A DNA stretch of 64,000 nucleotides from Sminthopsis crassicaudata. Lineage: Eukaryota. Shown piece by piece: positions 1 to 11,398 of the stretch. The notes under the pieces are model-generated. The model worked only from the letters and a program-made list of their open reading frames with translations, searched no databases and had not been told where the DNA came from. Position 1 is the stretch's first letter; every line of letters starts with the position of its first letter. The stretch covers positions 353,925,261-353,989,260 of the forward strand of contig NC_133620.1 in NCBI RefSeq assembly GCF_048593235.1, read 5' to 3'. The position numbers were made by a program, and so were the translations under genes.

Positions 1-612
1 CAAACCTTCTAATGGTATGCTATTTATATAGATAATGAGCATAGATCAGTCAGCTGTCATAGCTGCTGTCCAGTATATTCCTGGATTTTGCTGCTTGGAG
101 TCAGAATCTGGGCAACTATCATCAGATTGCTTATTAGGAGTCTGTATCAGTAAACCTGATGCAACTACTTCTCCTGGTTGATAAGTCACACATTGTCTAC
201 CTGTATTAGTGACTGGGATATTATCTACACATTCCCCAGTTTCCCACATCAGTGTATGGATGGTCACTGTTTTGTAAGCACACTCAAGAGGTGAAATGGT
301 CAAGCCTACTGTGCCTGGAGGCAAGGGATCCATAGGCTGGAAAGGAACAGATTTCACCTCTCCAGGGGGTATCTCAGTTGTCCCAGCTGCAAACAACTCT
401 ATTCTCACCAATTGTAATCCCTTTCTCCCATCAGGTTGCTTTCTGCCTGATTGGTTGTATAACCCCTTTCTCCCATCAGATGGCTTCCTGGCTTATTGGT
501 TATGTCGAGATACTGAACTTCTAGGCACTCTCTGGGTATAGCATCAGCTGCCATCATGCCCCAAGTATTTTTTGCCTTGGGCTCTGGAGCTGGGCCCCTC
601 ATCCCGTTTCCC
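1..612 (-). pseudogene. pro: ERV pro region (dUTPase-like domain then N-terminus of aspartic protease), betaretrovirus-like, interrupted by stops
   Basis: The -1 frame relative to gag starts at slippery site GGGAAAC (612-606) and is the same frame as ORF 46..411. Stops at 546-544, 495-493 and 48-46. After the last stop it reads SMLIIYINSIPLEGL to the window edge, the typical context just before the protease D-T-G motif (inferred to lie outside the window). Confidence 0.85.
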
Positions 613-2197
613 TGAATCATTCTACATTCTAATGCCCAATGGAAGCCTCTGTTGCATTTTGGACATGGGGTATTGGGTCTTGTTCTCCCACCCTGTTTTC
701 TCATTCTGTCTCTATGACAACATTGAGCTTTCAGATGCCCTACTTTACCACATTGAAAACATTGACAAGTCTCTCTGGAAGTCCCTTGCCAAAAGGGACC
801 CTCACTTCCCATGTTGGGATGTTGGGAAGTCTGTATCATAGCCTGGCTATAAAAGATATTTGTGCCCACTGTGCCGCAGCATCTTATGGGCTCCTCTAAA
901 GGAGCATCCTGGCATAGTCCTAATATAATCCTTCTACAAACCTCATTAGCATTTTCTTTAGCAAATTGCGTTATCATAATGTCTGTTACTACATTTTTAC
1001 CATTAGTTCCTATGACAGCTGTCTGCAAACATCCCACAAAATCAGCAAAGGGTTCATTTGGCCCTTGTGTTATTTTTGTGAAGGCCTCACCCTTGTCGTT
1101 TTTACCAGGGAGAAAAGCCCATGCTTTGATAGCAGCAGTAGCAATTTGCTCATATGCTGCTATGGAGCAATTAATCTGTACTGAAATGTCTGCATAAGAA
1201 CCTACACCTGATAGTTGGTCATAGGTGATTGGAGGATTAACTCCACTATGACTATTTTGTTGGGTTTGTATCCTACAGAGCTCACTATATTCAGAAAGCC
1301 ACAAGTTTTGTCCTTGCTATAGATTTCCAGTCCCTAGGGGTTAAGATTTCATAAGCCAAATTCTGTAACAACATCTTAACATAAGCTGCTGTAGCCCCAT
1401 AAAGAGAGCAAGTCTTTTTCAGGTCTTTGAGGATTTCTATATCAAAAAGAGTGTATGTTCTACTTTCTTGACCTGAAGAGGTAAACTGTTGAATCATGGG
1501 ATACATACTGATTTTCAAATCAGCTAAATACTGCCCTTCTTCTGTGGCTTTAAGTAATGTGTTTTGCAATTTAGTCATGGGAGGGGGTGATTGCTGGGGG
1601 GGAGGTTCTGGTGATATCACTGCCCCTCCCACTACTCCTTCTCCCTCCATTCCTGAAGGTGAAGTTGATCTGGGCATGTCAAGAACCAGTTCTGGTTTAG
1701 GTAGGGTTGAAGCTGCCTGGTCAGAAGGAGAATCACCACATCCTTCAATACACCTTTCATCCCCACTTAACTCCACATGCCCTCTAGTGATATTGGTATT
1801 AATCCATTCATTGTCTTCCTCTTTTTCTTCACACTTCCTTATCTGGCTATTCTTAAAACTTTTCTTTTTTCTATAATTTGCAGAATTCTTTAAGGCCAAT
1901 TGTATTATGTTGTATATATAGAATGTTTCCTTGGAAATTGAATGAGGACCTTTATCATTGTAGTATTCATAAAGTTATTGTCCTTCCAGCTTCCAATTAT
2001 CTAGCTCTATTTTTCCTTCCTTTAAGAACCAAGGGGATGTGTTTCTAATGTACCCAAGAGTCTAGTGATCTTCAACAAAGTTATAATTAAGCCTTGTCCC
2101 TTGATCATCTTAAGCATGCTTTCTATAGCGTCCCCTTGGGGTGGGGGTGGGGCTGTGGCTGTGACTGGGGAGAATCTTTTCCTAATATCTGTCCCAT
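405..2197 (-). pseudogene. gag: ERV gag (MA-CA-NC), frameshifted
   Basis: ATG GGA CAG (MGQILGKD, myristoylation-type start) at 2197. MA-like SPWFLKEGKIELDNWK. Major homology region ITQGPNEPFADFVGCLQ. Two CCHC zinc knuckles, CFQCGKVGHLKAQC and CPKCNRGFHWALEC. Frameshifts in MA and near 1300-1315 join ORFs 1291..1899 and 405..1304. Confidence 0.93.
558..612 (-). promoter_or_regulatory. Programmed -1 ribosomal frameshift signal (slippery heptamer plus H-type pseudoknot)
   Basis: G GGA AAC in gag frame (612-606), spacer, then GGGCCC-A-GCTCCA-GAGCCC-15 nt-TGGGGC; same architecture as the SRV-1/MPMV gag-pro signal. Confidence 0.85.
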
Positions 2198-2309
2198 TTC
2201 AGCTAGAAAAGGTTATTAGTTTAGTCCTTAACAAAGCAAGTTCCCTGTTTGTCTATTAAAATATTCACTCTATTTTCCGAGGGCTTCTTCAGTGAAATTA
2301 GGATCCTTG

Positions 2310-2327
2310 GACCTGCGTTGGGCACCA
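2310..2327 (-). promoter_or_regulatory. Primer binding site, tRNA-Lys type
   Basis: TGGTGCCCAACGCAGGTC versus Lys1,2 PBS TGGCGCCCAACGTGGGGC; lies 2 nt downstream of the LTR end. Confidence 0.8.
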
Positions 2328-2329
2328 AA

Positions 2330-2670
2330 CGTGGTGACTGTGTTAGCTCCCTGGGTACCTTAGAATCAGCTGGAGTCAAGATAAGCAAAAGTCTTTATTT
2401 TTGGTCTTCAGTGTTAGAAGTGAAGAGAATGGATGCTTGGTAGCAGCTTGCTCTGCTACCTCACCTCGGTGTCCTCTTAAAGAAGTGAACCTAGCTAGTC
2501 TCCCGGAACCTCCTAGTCCCTCTCACAATTCTCTGTATATACCAAATGATTGGGCTAGCACAGGATAGTGGGAAGGGCCATTTTCCAATCATATTCTTAG
2601 AGAGTATTGTCCAATCAATAATTAGCCTCAAGTGCTCGATTGTCTGACCCCAGAGTTTCAGCCCTTCACA
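2330..2670 (-). mobile_element. ERV 5' LTR (about 340 bp)
   Basis: Minus strand begins TGTGAAGGGCTGAAAC at 2670; several CCAAT boxes, TATATA (2541-2536), AATAAA (2399-2394); ends directly before the PBS (terminal CA appears as CG). The left boundary is well supported, the right boundary less so. Confidence 0.75.
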
Positions 2671-2839
2671 GTTCTCTTCTTTTCTCTCTGTGTTACTTCC
2701 CTTTTTACCTCATTCACTCCTATAACTTCAGAAGTTGTTTGGTTGATTGTTGTCCTTGTTCTTAAAAAGGACCAAAATGACATCATTGTGTTGGGATCAA
2801 GGTAGAGTGTGTACAGCTGTGACTTATCAGACTAATAAG

Positions 2840-4200
2840 AATATGGAAGGCTCTACCTCAGGTTGAGCATAAGTAGTCCATGTGAACTTTTGGAGTTGAA
2901 AGATCTCTAAATGTGTGCATTTCAAGTTTCCTTTGAGCTATTGCAATTTTGCTTTGCTCATAGAGCACATTGTCTTCTATGATGTGGGCATGCAATGTGT
3001 TTTTTGCCAATATCTCCCATGTCATACAATCTATTCCACAATTCTTCAGAAAGATCTTGAGATTGTTCTTGTATGAATTCCTCTGACCTCTGGGTGGACA
3101 CTTGCCTTGTGTGAATTCTCCATAAAAAAAAATAGTCTTTTAGGCAAAGTAATTTTAGCATTTGAACAACATAGTCAGTCTATTGTATTTGCATTCTCTG
3201 TAGTAGAGTTTGAATGCTGGGCAATTCAGTTCTAGAAAGGAGCTCAATCTCCAGAACCTTATATTGCCCGATGAGCTTCAGAATCTTTCTACGACAATTC
3301 AAATGGAAGTGATTTCATTTCTTGGCATGGTGCTGGTATGTTGTCCAGGTTTTACAGGCATATAATAATGAAATCAGCACGACAGCTTTGTAGACTTTCA
3401 GTTTGGTAGGCAGCCTAATACCTCTTCTCTTTTACACTTTTCTTCAGAGCCACTGAACTAGTTCTGGCAGTGCATACCTCCACCACAGCATCTATGAGCA
3501 CATCCCTGGAAAGTATGCTGCCAAGGTAAGTGAATTTATCTACAGCATTCGTAATTTCTCTATTTTCTGTAACTGATGGCTCCATGCATCAATGGTGTGG
3601 TGCTGGATGGTGAAGAACCTGTGTTTTCTTTGAGTTAATTGTCAGGCCAAAATTAGAACAAATAGTAGAAAACCAATCCATACTTTTGTATCTCAGCCTG
3701 GGAGTACAGCAACTTTTTTGTTTTGATTTGTGGTCTTTTCAAGTTAAGTTTACCTTCAGTGCGGTAGCTGATCTTGATTCCATTTTTGTCCTCTTTGAAA
3801 GCATCTGAAAATGCTACTGAAAATATCATGCTGAAAAACCCAGGAGGAAGCCCATAGCCCTTGCTTCCTTCTCTTGTTGAATAAGAAAATATGAAAGTAT
3901 TTGTCCTTTATCCAGAACCCCTGCAAGCAGTCATCATTGAACCGGAGTACAATACTGATGAAATTCTCTGAGCAACCAAAATTTGCCATGATCCTCCACA
4001 AGCCCTCACAGCTGATGATATCAAAGATGGCCAGATCGAGAAATGTGTGCAGACCTTTGTTCTGCTCCTGGCATTTCTCCTGGAGTTGTCAGATTGTCAG
4101 GTAACATATTGACCATTTCTGGACCCTTTCAGAAGCCACACTTCAAGGTGCCAAAAGAGGACAAGCTTCAACTATTACTTTTGTGCTGATGATTCTCAGA
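2840..4200 (-). mobile_element. RTE-clade LINE, degenerate reverse transcriptase fragment
   Basis: Broken translation includes QLQEKCQEQNKGL and GLWRIMANFGCSENFISIV, matching the RTE/BovB RT pattern LQEKCxEQ...LWKIMxKFGCPxKFI; many stops and indels. Confidence 0.8.
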
Positions 4201-4217
4201 TCTGTAGCTTTAGTCTT

Positions 4218-4450
4218 TTTTTTTTGTATAGCTTTTTATTTACCAGATATATGCATGGGTAATTTTACAACATTGACAATTGCCAAACCTTTTGTTCTAA
4301 TTTTTTCCCTTCTTCTCCCCACCCCCACAGATGGCAGGTTGACTAATACATGTTAAATATGTTAAAATATAAGTTAAATACAATATATGTATACATGTCC
4401 AAACAGTTATTTTGCTGTACAAAAAGAATCAGACTTTGAAATGTTTGTAC
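4218..4450 (-). mobile_element. 5'-truncated young L1-type 3' end with 10-bp TSD
   Basis: T-tract then L1 3' UTR-like sequence, flanked by CTTTAGTCTT at 4208-4217 and 4451-4460. The empty site TCTT/AA fits the L1 endonuclease consensus. Confidence 0.8.
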
Positions 4451-5449
4451 CTTTAGTCTTAATCTCTCTTCTAAATTCCAGAAGAATATATAATCTTCAC
4501 CAGGATGTCCTACTTCTTTTTAAACTCATATTCAACATTTCTAAAACTAAGCTATCTTTTCCTTTTAATGCTCCCCCCAGCCTCTAGGGCTGCTTTCTAA
4601 ACTCCTGATGGAATTTAAAGAATAGGTTTCTAAAGAGAGCTCTCTAGGGAAACCTGAAGGAGTGTATTTCTTATACTAGTATGGATGAGACCCATGTTCT
4701 TCACAATGATAATCAGTCAGATGTAATTAGTTGTGATTTTGGGTATACTTTTTATAAAGAATAGTTTAATTAGTAAGGTAGTTTAATAAGAACATTTGGT
4801 ACATAAAAACCTGTACAGATACACAGAATCCAGAGGAAGAGTGGACTGGTTGTAAGGAAAATAGGATATATATGGGGCAAAGGTGTAAATTCACACCACC
4901 TGACTTTTGGATTACATAGACAGCATTATTTTTTGATACAAGGGGTCTAGGTTCCTTTTAGTTGCTTCCTTGAGTGGTTATCTTTCAGTAGCTATGTCCA
5001 TTTTTATCCTTAGCTTGTTTCTTTCTGCTCTTAGCTAGATGCCTTGTCTCTTCTCTCCAGTGACATGATTAATGGGGATGGGAGCGGGGGTAGGGAGTAC
5101 GAGGATGGGGGGTAAGGGAGTGGGTAAGAGGGAAAAGGAAGAAATTCTCTCCTTATTTGAAAGAGTGATTCCCTCTGAATCTGCAATGACTCTTTGAGAG
5201 ATGACTAGCCTTGGTCTACTACTGGAAATCCTTTGTTATATAAATTCTCCAGGGATGTAGTTAAGCTTGTTTGATTAGCCTATTGGCTGTTTCCTTCTTG
5301 ATCCAATTTGCACTTTGTAGAGAAATCACAATACTAAACTATCTTATTCAGACATTTAGAACTTTATCACTGTGACTCTTATACTGAACATCTTGTAATT
5401 AATTGGAATAATTGGAGTAGAGATGTAACCCTATCCTTACATTCTTCTG

Positions 5450-5780
5450 ACTTTTCTTATATATGGCACAACTGTTCATCCACTGTCCCATGTTCAAAAC
5501 TCTAATATTATCTTTGACCGTACACTTTACTTCACCTTCCAGATACAGTTGCCAATTTTGTCAATTTTATTTCTGTATTTATTTCCAGATCCTGTCTTTT
5601 CCTATTTTGTTCTCTTTTAGTGAAAGTCTTTATATCTTACTTACCGTTATTGAAATGAGCACCAAAACAGACTTTTTACATCCAATTCAACATCAATCTT
5701 TCTCTAATCCTTCACATTACTTTCAGACTAATCTTTATGCATATAAAAGAGTCAATCATATCATTCCCACCTAAATTATA
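5450..5780 (+). mobile_element. Old L2-like LINE fragment
   Basis: Diverged resemblance to the L2 3' region; pattern recognition only. Confidence 0.4.
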
Positions 5781-7229
5781 GTATACTATGATCTGTCCAA
5801 AAAATTATTAATAATGCATTCTTATGTTTTAAGTAAAACCCTGTCAGAAACCATTTTTATTAACATAACATTATTTTCCTCTTCCTTTTGATGTTGGTTG
5901 TAATGCTAGTAATAATATAAGACTTGGATATGTAAAATGAATCCCTTTGTTCCCTGAACTGCCTCAGGAGATACAACTCCTCAACTCCAATTCTGAATTC
6001 CCTAAACCTCAAACCAAAACCATTATTCATCTGAGTATTTTCATCAGCAAATATAGTAGAATCTAGAAAAGAGGTGTGGGAGGGGAAAGGTCTGAAAGAA
6101 GGAGGGAAAATTACTAACTCATGGACCCATTAAGTGGACTTCCAAGAGTAAAGATATTGAGAGTAAACATTCAGACACATAGATGTCCATAGTAATAAAT
6201 TACAACTTCACCAGTCCCAGGTATGTAAATTGAACCTCAATGATGGAGGTGAGTTAATCCTAACTTTCACTTCAACCCTATTATAATACATAATCCAGAA
6301 CGCCAATCCTAATTCCAATCCACATCCTAGAGAAGTAGATCCAGTGGCTAAAGATTTAGTAAATCTGAGAAGAGAACCCAGACTTATTCATAGCTTACAT
6401 TGAAGCAAGAGGATGCTTGTATCTACTAAGTCGTTGAGTAACAGTAAAATCAGGAAACTTGTTGGGGTAATGGGAACAATTTAGGGTCATTTTCAGGGGG
6501 AGATGATTTTTGCTTTGACAGCCATTATCCAGATTGGGTCAGCACCTCTAACCTTACTTCCTTCCCTACAGGTTTTGTTTAACTTCACAGAGCTTCAAGG
6601 ATTTGTTCTATCTGTTCCTATCTGTCATGTTGGGTCTTGGACACTATCCTGAGAATCCATTCATATTCCTTTCTTTGATGCTCTTAAGTGCCAAAAGCTG
6701 ATCCCAGTCGGAGCTCTCACCTTCCTTTCTACTAACCCACAACACATCCTCCCAAGAGCCAGACGCCCTAGATAGGGAGGATAACAAGTCTCCAGTCCCC
6801 CCTTGCCCAGGCCCTTTCCCCGCCCAAAGAGGCCCCTTTCCCTCCCCTTCTCTCCAGTTAGACTGGGCTGACATCAGAGGGTGTTCCCCTGGAAAAGAAA
6901 TTCTGAGTTACCCGGCCCAAGGCCCAGCTCCAGGCAGCCCCTAGCTAGTCCCTGTTCCCCACCCCAGTCTGCTCAAGTGCCCAGATCTATACATTAGTTT
7001 GCTGAGACCAGCGGCCTTAGCCTGAGCCCCCCAAACTCCGGGCACCGAAACCAAATTCCCTGTTCTCAGACCCACTAAGGCAGCTCCAGTTCCCCCACTT
7101 CCAAGGAGGAAACGGGGTGACCAGGGACAGAGCAACGAGGAGTCCGGGAACCTGCGAGGCAACGGCTAGATAGTACAAGGGTCCAGGGCTGCTGAGACTG
7201 GGGAACTGATTACAATTTCCAGGCTTCCA

Positions 7230-7513
7230 GGGGGAGCTGTCCAGCGAGTCGGGGTGCCTCGCCTTGAAGGGGGTCAAAGTTTTGGCGGGGCAGGAAGAGA
7301 AGAAGAGGCCACGGGGTGGGGAGGGGAAGCTGACTCCCCTCTAGCCGTCCGGTCCAGGGCGTCCCCCGCCCCCCACGTGTCCGCAGCTGCCCCAGCCCCT
7401 CGGAGGAAACGGCGCCGCTTCCTGCGGCTCCGGCCGGGGATATAGGCGTCCAGCTCCCCCCGCCCTGGTCCCGGCTCTGGGTCCGCCAGCTGTCTCCCTG
7501 CTTCGGCTACACC
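7230..7513 (+). promoter_or_regulatory. RAMP2 promoter / CpG-rich 5' region
   Basis: CpG-dense, GC boxes (CCCCGCCCC), CACGTG E-box, ETS-like GGAA/TTCC cores, GATATAGG near 7440, directly upstream of the ATG. Confidence 0.7.
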
Positions 7514-9188
7514 ATGGCCTCAATCGGGACCGGCCGCTCCGCTTCTCATCTCCCTGCGACCCCAGCCAGACTTCGAAGCCCGTTCTGGCTCCTCCTCCTG
7601 CTCTACTGTGAGTGAGATGCTTGTCGGGGCCAGGGGAAAGGGAGCCAGAAAGAAGGGCGAGGGAGAGAGGCAGGAGGAAGGATGGGTGTGAGGGACCGGG
7701 GTAGGGGAGAGAACACAACTTGGGGGGAGAAATGACTCTGGGTTGGGAGAACCATGTGTCTTGAATCCCTCCATCCAAGCCCCTCTCGAGGAAAGTCCTA
7801 GCACCGGACTGGAAAGTATAAGCAGATGTGCGGGCTGGAATGCCTATCAGAGGATGAATTTTGCGGGGGAGAAGTGGGGGTTCAAGGAAGCCACTGTGGC
7901 CTGACTTTTCCATGGGGCCTGTCCCAACCAATTCTTTCTTGGAGCTTGGAGAAACCATGTAAGAAGCAGTACTCTCCCCTACCCTAGCAAACTAGTCCCA
8001 AACCAGATTAACTTAGTCTTTCCAGAAGCTAAATAATGATAGCTTACACTTATATAACAGTTTGCCGAGTACTTGCTTTGAAGCAGCCCTTTTCAGGAAG
8101 GTATTGCCCCCATTTTGCGGAGAAAAAAAAAGGGGGGGGGTAAATGGAGGCTTTGAGAGTTTCAGTAACTTGGCCATTGCCAGCTAAGTGTTTGCCTTAG
8201 GTATCCATATCCTCCTTACGTGGAACTTCAACTTACCTAGGCATTCTGAAGTCAAGTCTACATCATATCACCCTTCACAGGTCCTCCCCTGTCATCCTTT
8301 CTCCTTTCCCTTCTCCACTCATTAATCCTTGCCCCTAACCTTTCTGCAGTCTCCCTTCGGGACTTGACTGAGGTTGATCCCCACGGTTTGCTCTCTCACT
8401 TCAGTTCATAGCTTCCTCTTCCCCCAGCTATTCTAAATACCCAAGGCTCTGATGCTCAGACAGTTCCTGATGTCAACAACACAGAAACCTCTAACTGGCA
8501 GAATGGTGAGTTGTCCAATGGAGTAAAGGGATCAATCCCAATCTATGCTTTCTGGGGGTATTCCTTTCAGATTCTAAATTGTTCTCTCTTTCTAGCTGCC
8601 CCACTTCCCTTCCCCAGTAAACATAATTATTGCTCTTCTACTTTGTTTCTCTTTCTCTCTGTGCTTTTTGTTATTTTAAGCTTTCTAACTTCCCAGCTAT
8701 AATTGACTTAAGGAGTTCCTAAATTGACTTAAGGATTTTGAGATAATCCTGGGCTTCCATAGCATTTTGATGTTTGAAAAGAGGGAGAAGAGATACCCTT
8801 GGTGGGGAAAATGTTTATGTTTGTAAGAGAGGAAAAACACAAAGGTACACAGGTGTAAGAGACCTTTTGCATTTGTGCTTATAGAGGTGACCCCAGAACA
8901 GTCATATGCACTAACAGCCAGACAATGCTGGCTTTTCTATGAGGAACACATGGGAAACATCAGCAGAGAGGACTGGTGTGAATGGGACATGATCAGCAGG
9001 TAGGAGGCAGAGGTTGGGCTGGGAACTAGGCCATGGACCAGGGTTAATGGACCAGAACCTAAGGGGTGGGACCTACTCCTAAGGGCTGAATATTGTCTTA
9101 AGGAATATAAATGAGGGCAGGGCCCTGGGTCTGGGGTGGGACTGTGGCACAGGAGATGGCCTTTCCTCAACCCTTCATCCTTCTGATT

Positions 9189-9221
<33 letters not shown>

Positions 9222-9499
9222 CCATTTCCCACTCCTACAGGCCATACAGCGACTTACAATACTGCCTGGAGAAATTGGCAGAAATTTTCAAACAGGGTTT
9301 CCCCAATCCCTGGGCTGAGCAGATCATCTTCCAGAGCCACCAGATGTACTTTGCCAACTGCTCATTAGAGCGCCGGCCCCTCTTCTTTGACCCCCCAGAA
9401 GAGGTGCTGCTTGCACTGATCATTGCTCCCATCTGTCTCATTCCTTTCCTTGTCACTCTGGTGGTATGGCGGAGTAAGGACAGTGAGGTCCAAACATAA
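7514..9499 (+). CDS. RAMP2: Receptor activity-modifying protein 2, 4 exons, 181 aa
   Basis: Exons 7514-7607, 8428-8505, 8885-8999, 9241-9499, all GT-AG and in frame. Signal peptide, CW..DWCEW.MISRPYSDLQYCLE, GFPNP, HQMYFANC, TM DPPEEVLLALIIAPICLIPFLVTLVVWRSKD. Confidence 0.96.
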
Positions 9500-9687
9500 A
9501 ATATCCCCATTCCTCATCAAAATATCTCTTCCAATTTACAATTCCTTCCCTTCCTTTGGACTCTATTCCATCACCCCCACCCCATCCTGCCCTCAACCAC
9601 CCCCTGGGTAAGATCAATCTGAACTGCTGGTGGGAATGGGAGCAGAAAGGGAAAGACAGGTGGGGAAATGGGCTCTAGAATTACCAT

Positions 9688-9697
9688 AATAAATAAA
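9688..9697 (+). terminator. RAMP2 polyadenylation signal (overlapping AATAAA x2)
   Basis: AATAAATAAA about 190 nt after the stop, followed by a GT/CT-rich downstream element at 9741-9765. Confidence 0.7.
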
Positions 9698-9769
9698 TCA
9701 ATTGTTGGGGGGGGTTTCCCTCTCGAAGTTCTCCATAAAGCTATGTGTCTTCTCTCTGTCTCTCTGGCA

Positions 9770-10986
9770 TGGGGTAGCAAGGATGAAAGGAACCAGATGA
9801 AATCCACAGCTCTCTCATAAAGATTTTCCTGATACTTTCCTCTATTCCTGCTCCTTCCTCTGAGAGTAGAGCCTTTCCTGACACTGCTCCTAACCCAGCT
9901 CCAGGAAACATTCAGGAAACAACTCCCATCCGCCCTGGATAGGGAGATATGGTGGGGAGGGGGAAGGGAGAGTATAACATCCTTGCTTTCTTGGTCTTAG
10001 TTTCCTTTTTAGGACCTAAAGAGCCAGCCATCTTGAGATGACTCCAAGGAGATTCATCCAAAGAGGTCTCAGGACAGAGCACAGTATGTAATCGAGGCTC
10101 TCTCCCAATTACACTGAACTCCCTCCTGGTCTCTGTTCTTCTGTCCCCCTCTAAGCCAGAGGTATTGTCTACAATTCTGCACACCAAACTGCAGCCCGGC
10201 AACATGCTGCCCTCTGGTGTCCACACAAATCAAGGACACACAAAGGTGGACAGGACCAATGAAATAGCCCAAAGACGGTAGATCTGACTCTCATGTGCCT
10301 CATTTCGTAGTTTCCTCAGAATGGAATTACTGACTTTTTATGACCTGACATCCTCCCCACGAAGACACCTGTCCAATTCTTTGAACATGGGCCCTCCTTC
10401 AGGTATACATCTGCCCTTGGACACTCCTATTTGACACCCTGGGAGTCATCCAGTCCCCTCAAAATACACACTTTTCCTCTTTATGAGCAATATCTGTGCG
10501 CCCCAGGTATATTCCCTGGGACACACCTATTTGTACTGTAGGGCATACCTGTCCTTCCCATATTTGTCTCTGTTCTCATGGATGTACATCTCCTAAGACA
10601 CACCCTCTCTTTTCCATAAACATGTCTTTCTGATATCTGGAATACATTTAGACTCCTTCAAGCATTCTCCTTTCTTCTTCATTAACATACATGTATTCAA
10701 ATAACCTTTAAGAGTTATGAGACAGAGTCTTACAAAACAAAACAAAACAAACAACAACCAAAAAAAAACAAAACAAAAAAAAAAAACCCAAAAACCTTCA
10801 AGATGCCTGGGGAAAGAAACAGAGCACACTCTCCCCTCTTAGTCTCTTTGCCAATCAGTTCTCAAGGGAAAAAACACAAAGATACAAGCACTGGAGACAT
10901 TCCTGGGACCTTTTAGACAATGCAGCATGCCTTTCCCGAGCTCTAGAGGCTTACCTAAATTTGACTTTTTCTTTGCAAACCATACA
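9770..10986 (-). mobile_element. Candidate solo LTR (1.2 kb) with 5-bp TSD
   Basis: TG...CA termini flanked by TGGCA at 9765-9769 and 10987-10991. On the minus strand, CATAAAA near 10345 and AATAGA at 9846-9841. Family not recognised. Confidence 0.42.
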
Positions 10987-11133
10987 TGGCAGAGATACAC
11001 CTAAACAAGACTGAGGGCAGGGCAGCCCAGTTATCTGCAAGTAACCCAATATTCCTTTTTAAATTTCCTCTATACACTATTGCTAGGGCAGCACTATTAC
11101 TTCCAATTTCATCTTGGACTTCTTTGGTAACTA

Positions 11134-11398
11134 GAGGGCAGCTTGGTGGCTCAGTGGATAGAGTGCTGGATCTGGAGTCAGGAAAACCTGAGGTTAATAC
11201 CTCCTAGCTATGTGACCCTAAGAAAATCACTTAACTGCTGCCTGAATTCAATTTCCTTAACTGTAGAATAGGGATAAGCTATTGGATTATGATGGATTGG
11301 ATAATGAAATAAAAAATTTGTTGTGAGGATAGAATGAAATAATATTTGTAAAGAGCTTTGCAAACCTTAAAGAGCTATATAAGTGCTTGCTATTATTA
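11134..11398 (+). mobile_element. MIR/CORE-SINE
   Basis: tRNA-like head GGGCAGCTTGGTGGCTCAGTGGATAGAGTGCTGG, CORE, and tail TTTGCAAACCTTAAAGAGCTATATAAG. Confidence 0.75.

Noticed and set aside
7341-7958. 205-aa minus-strand ORF over RAMP2 exon 1
   Set aside because: GC-rich antisense shadow of the promoter and exon; no recognisable domain.
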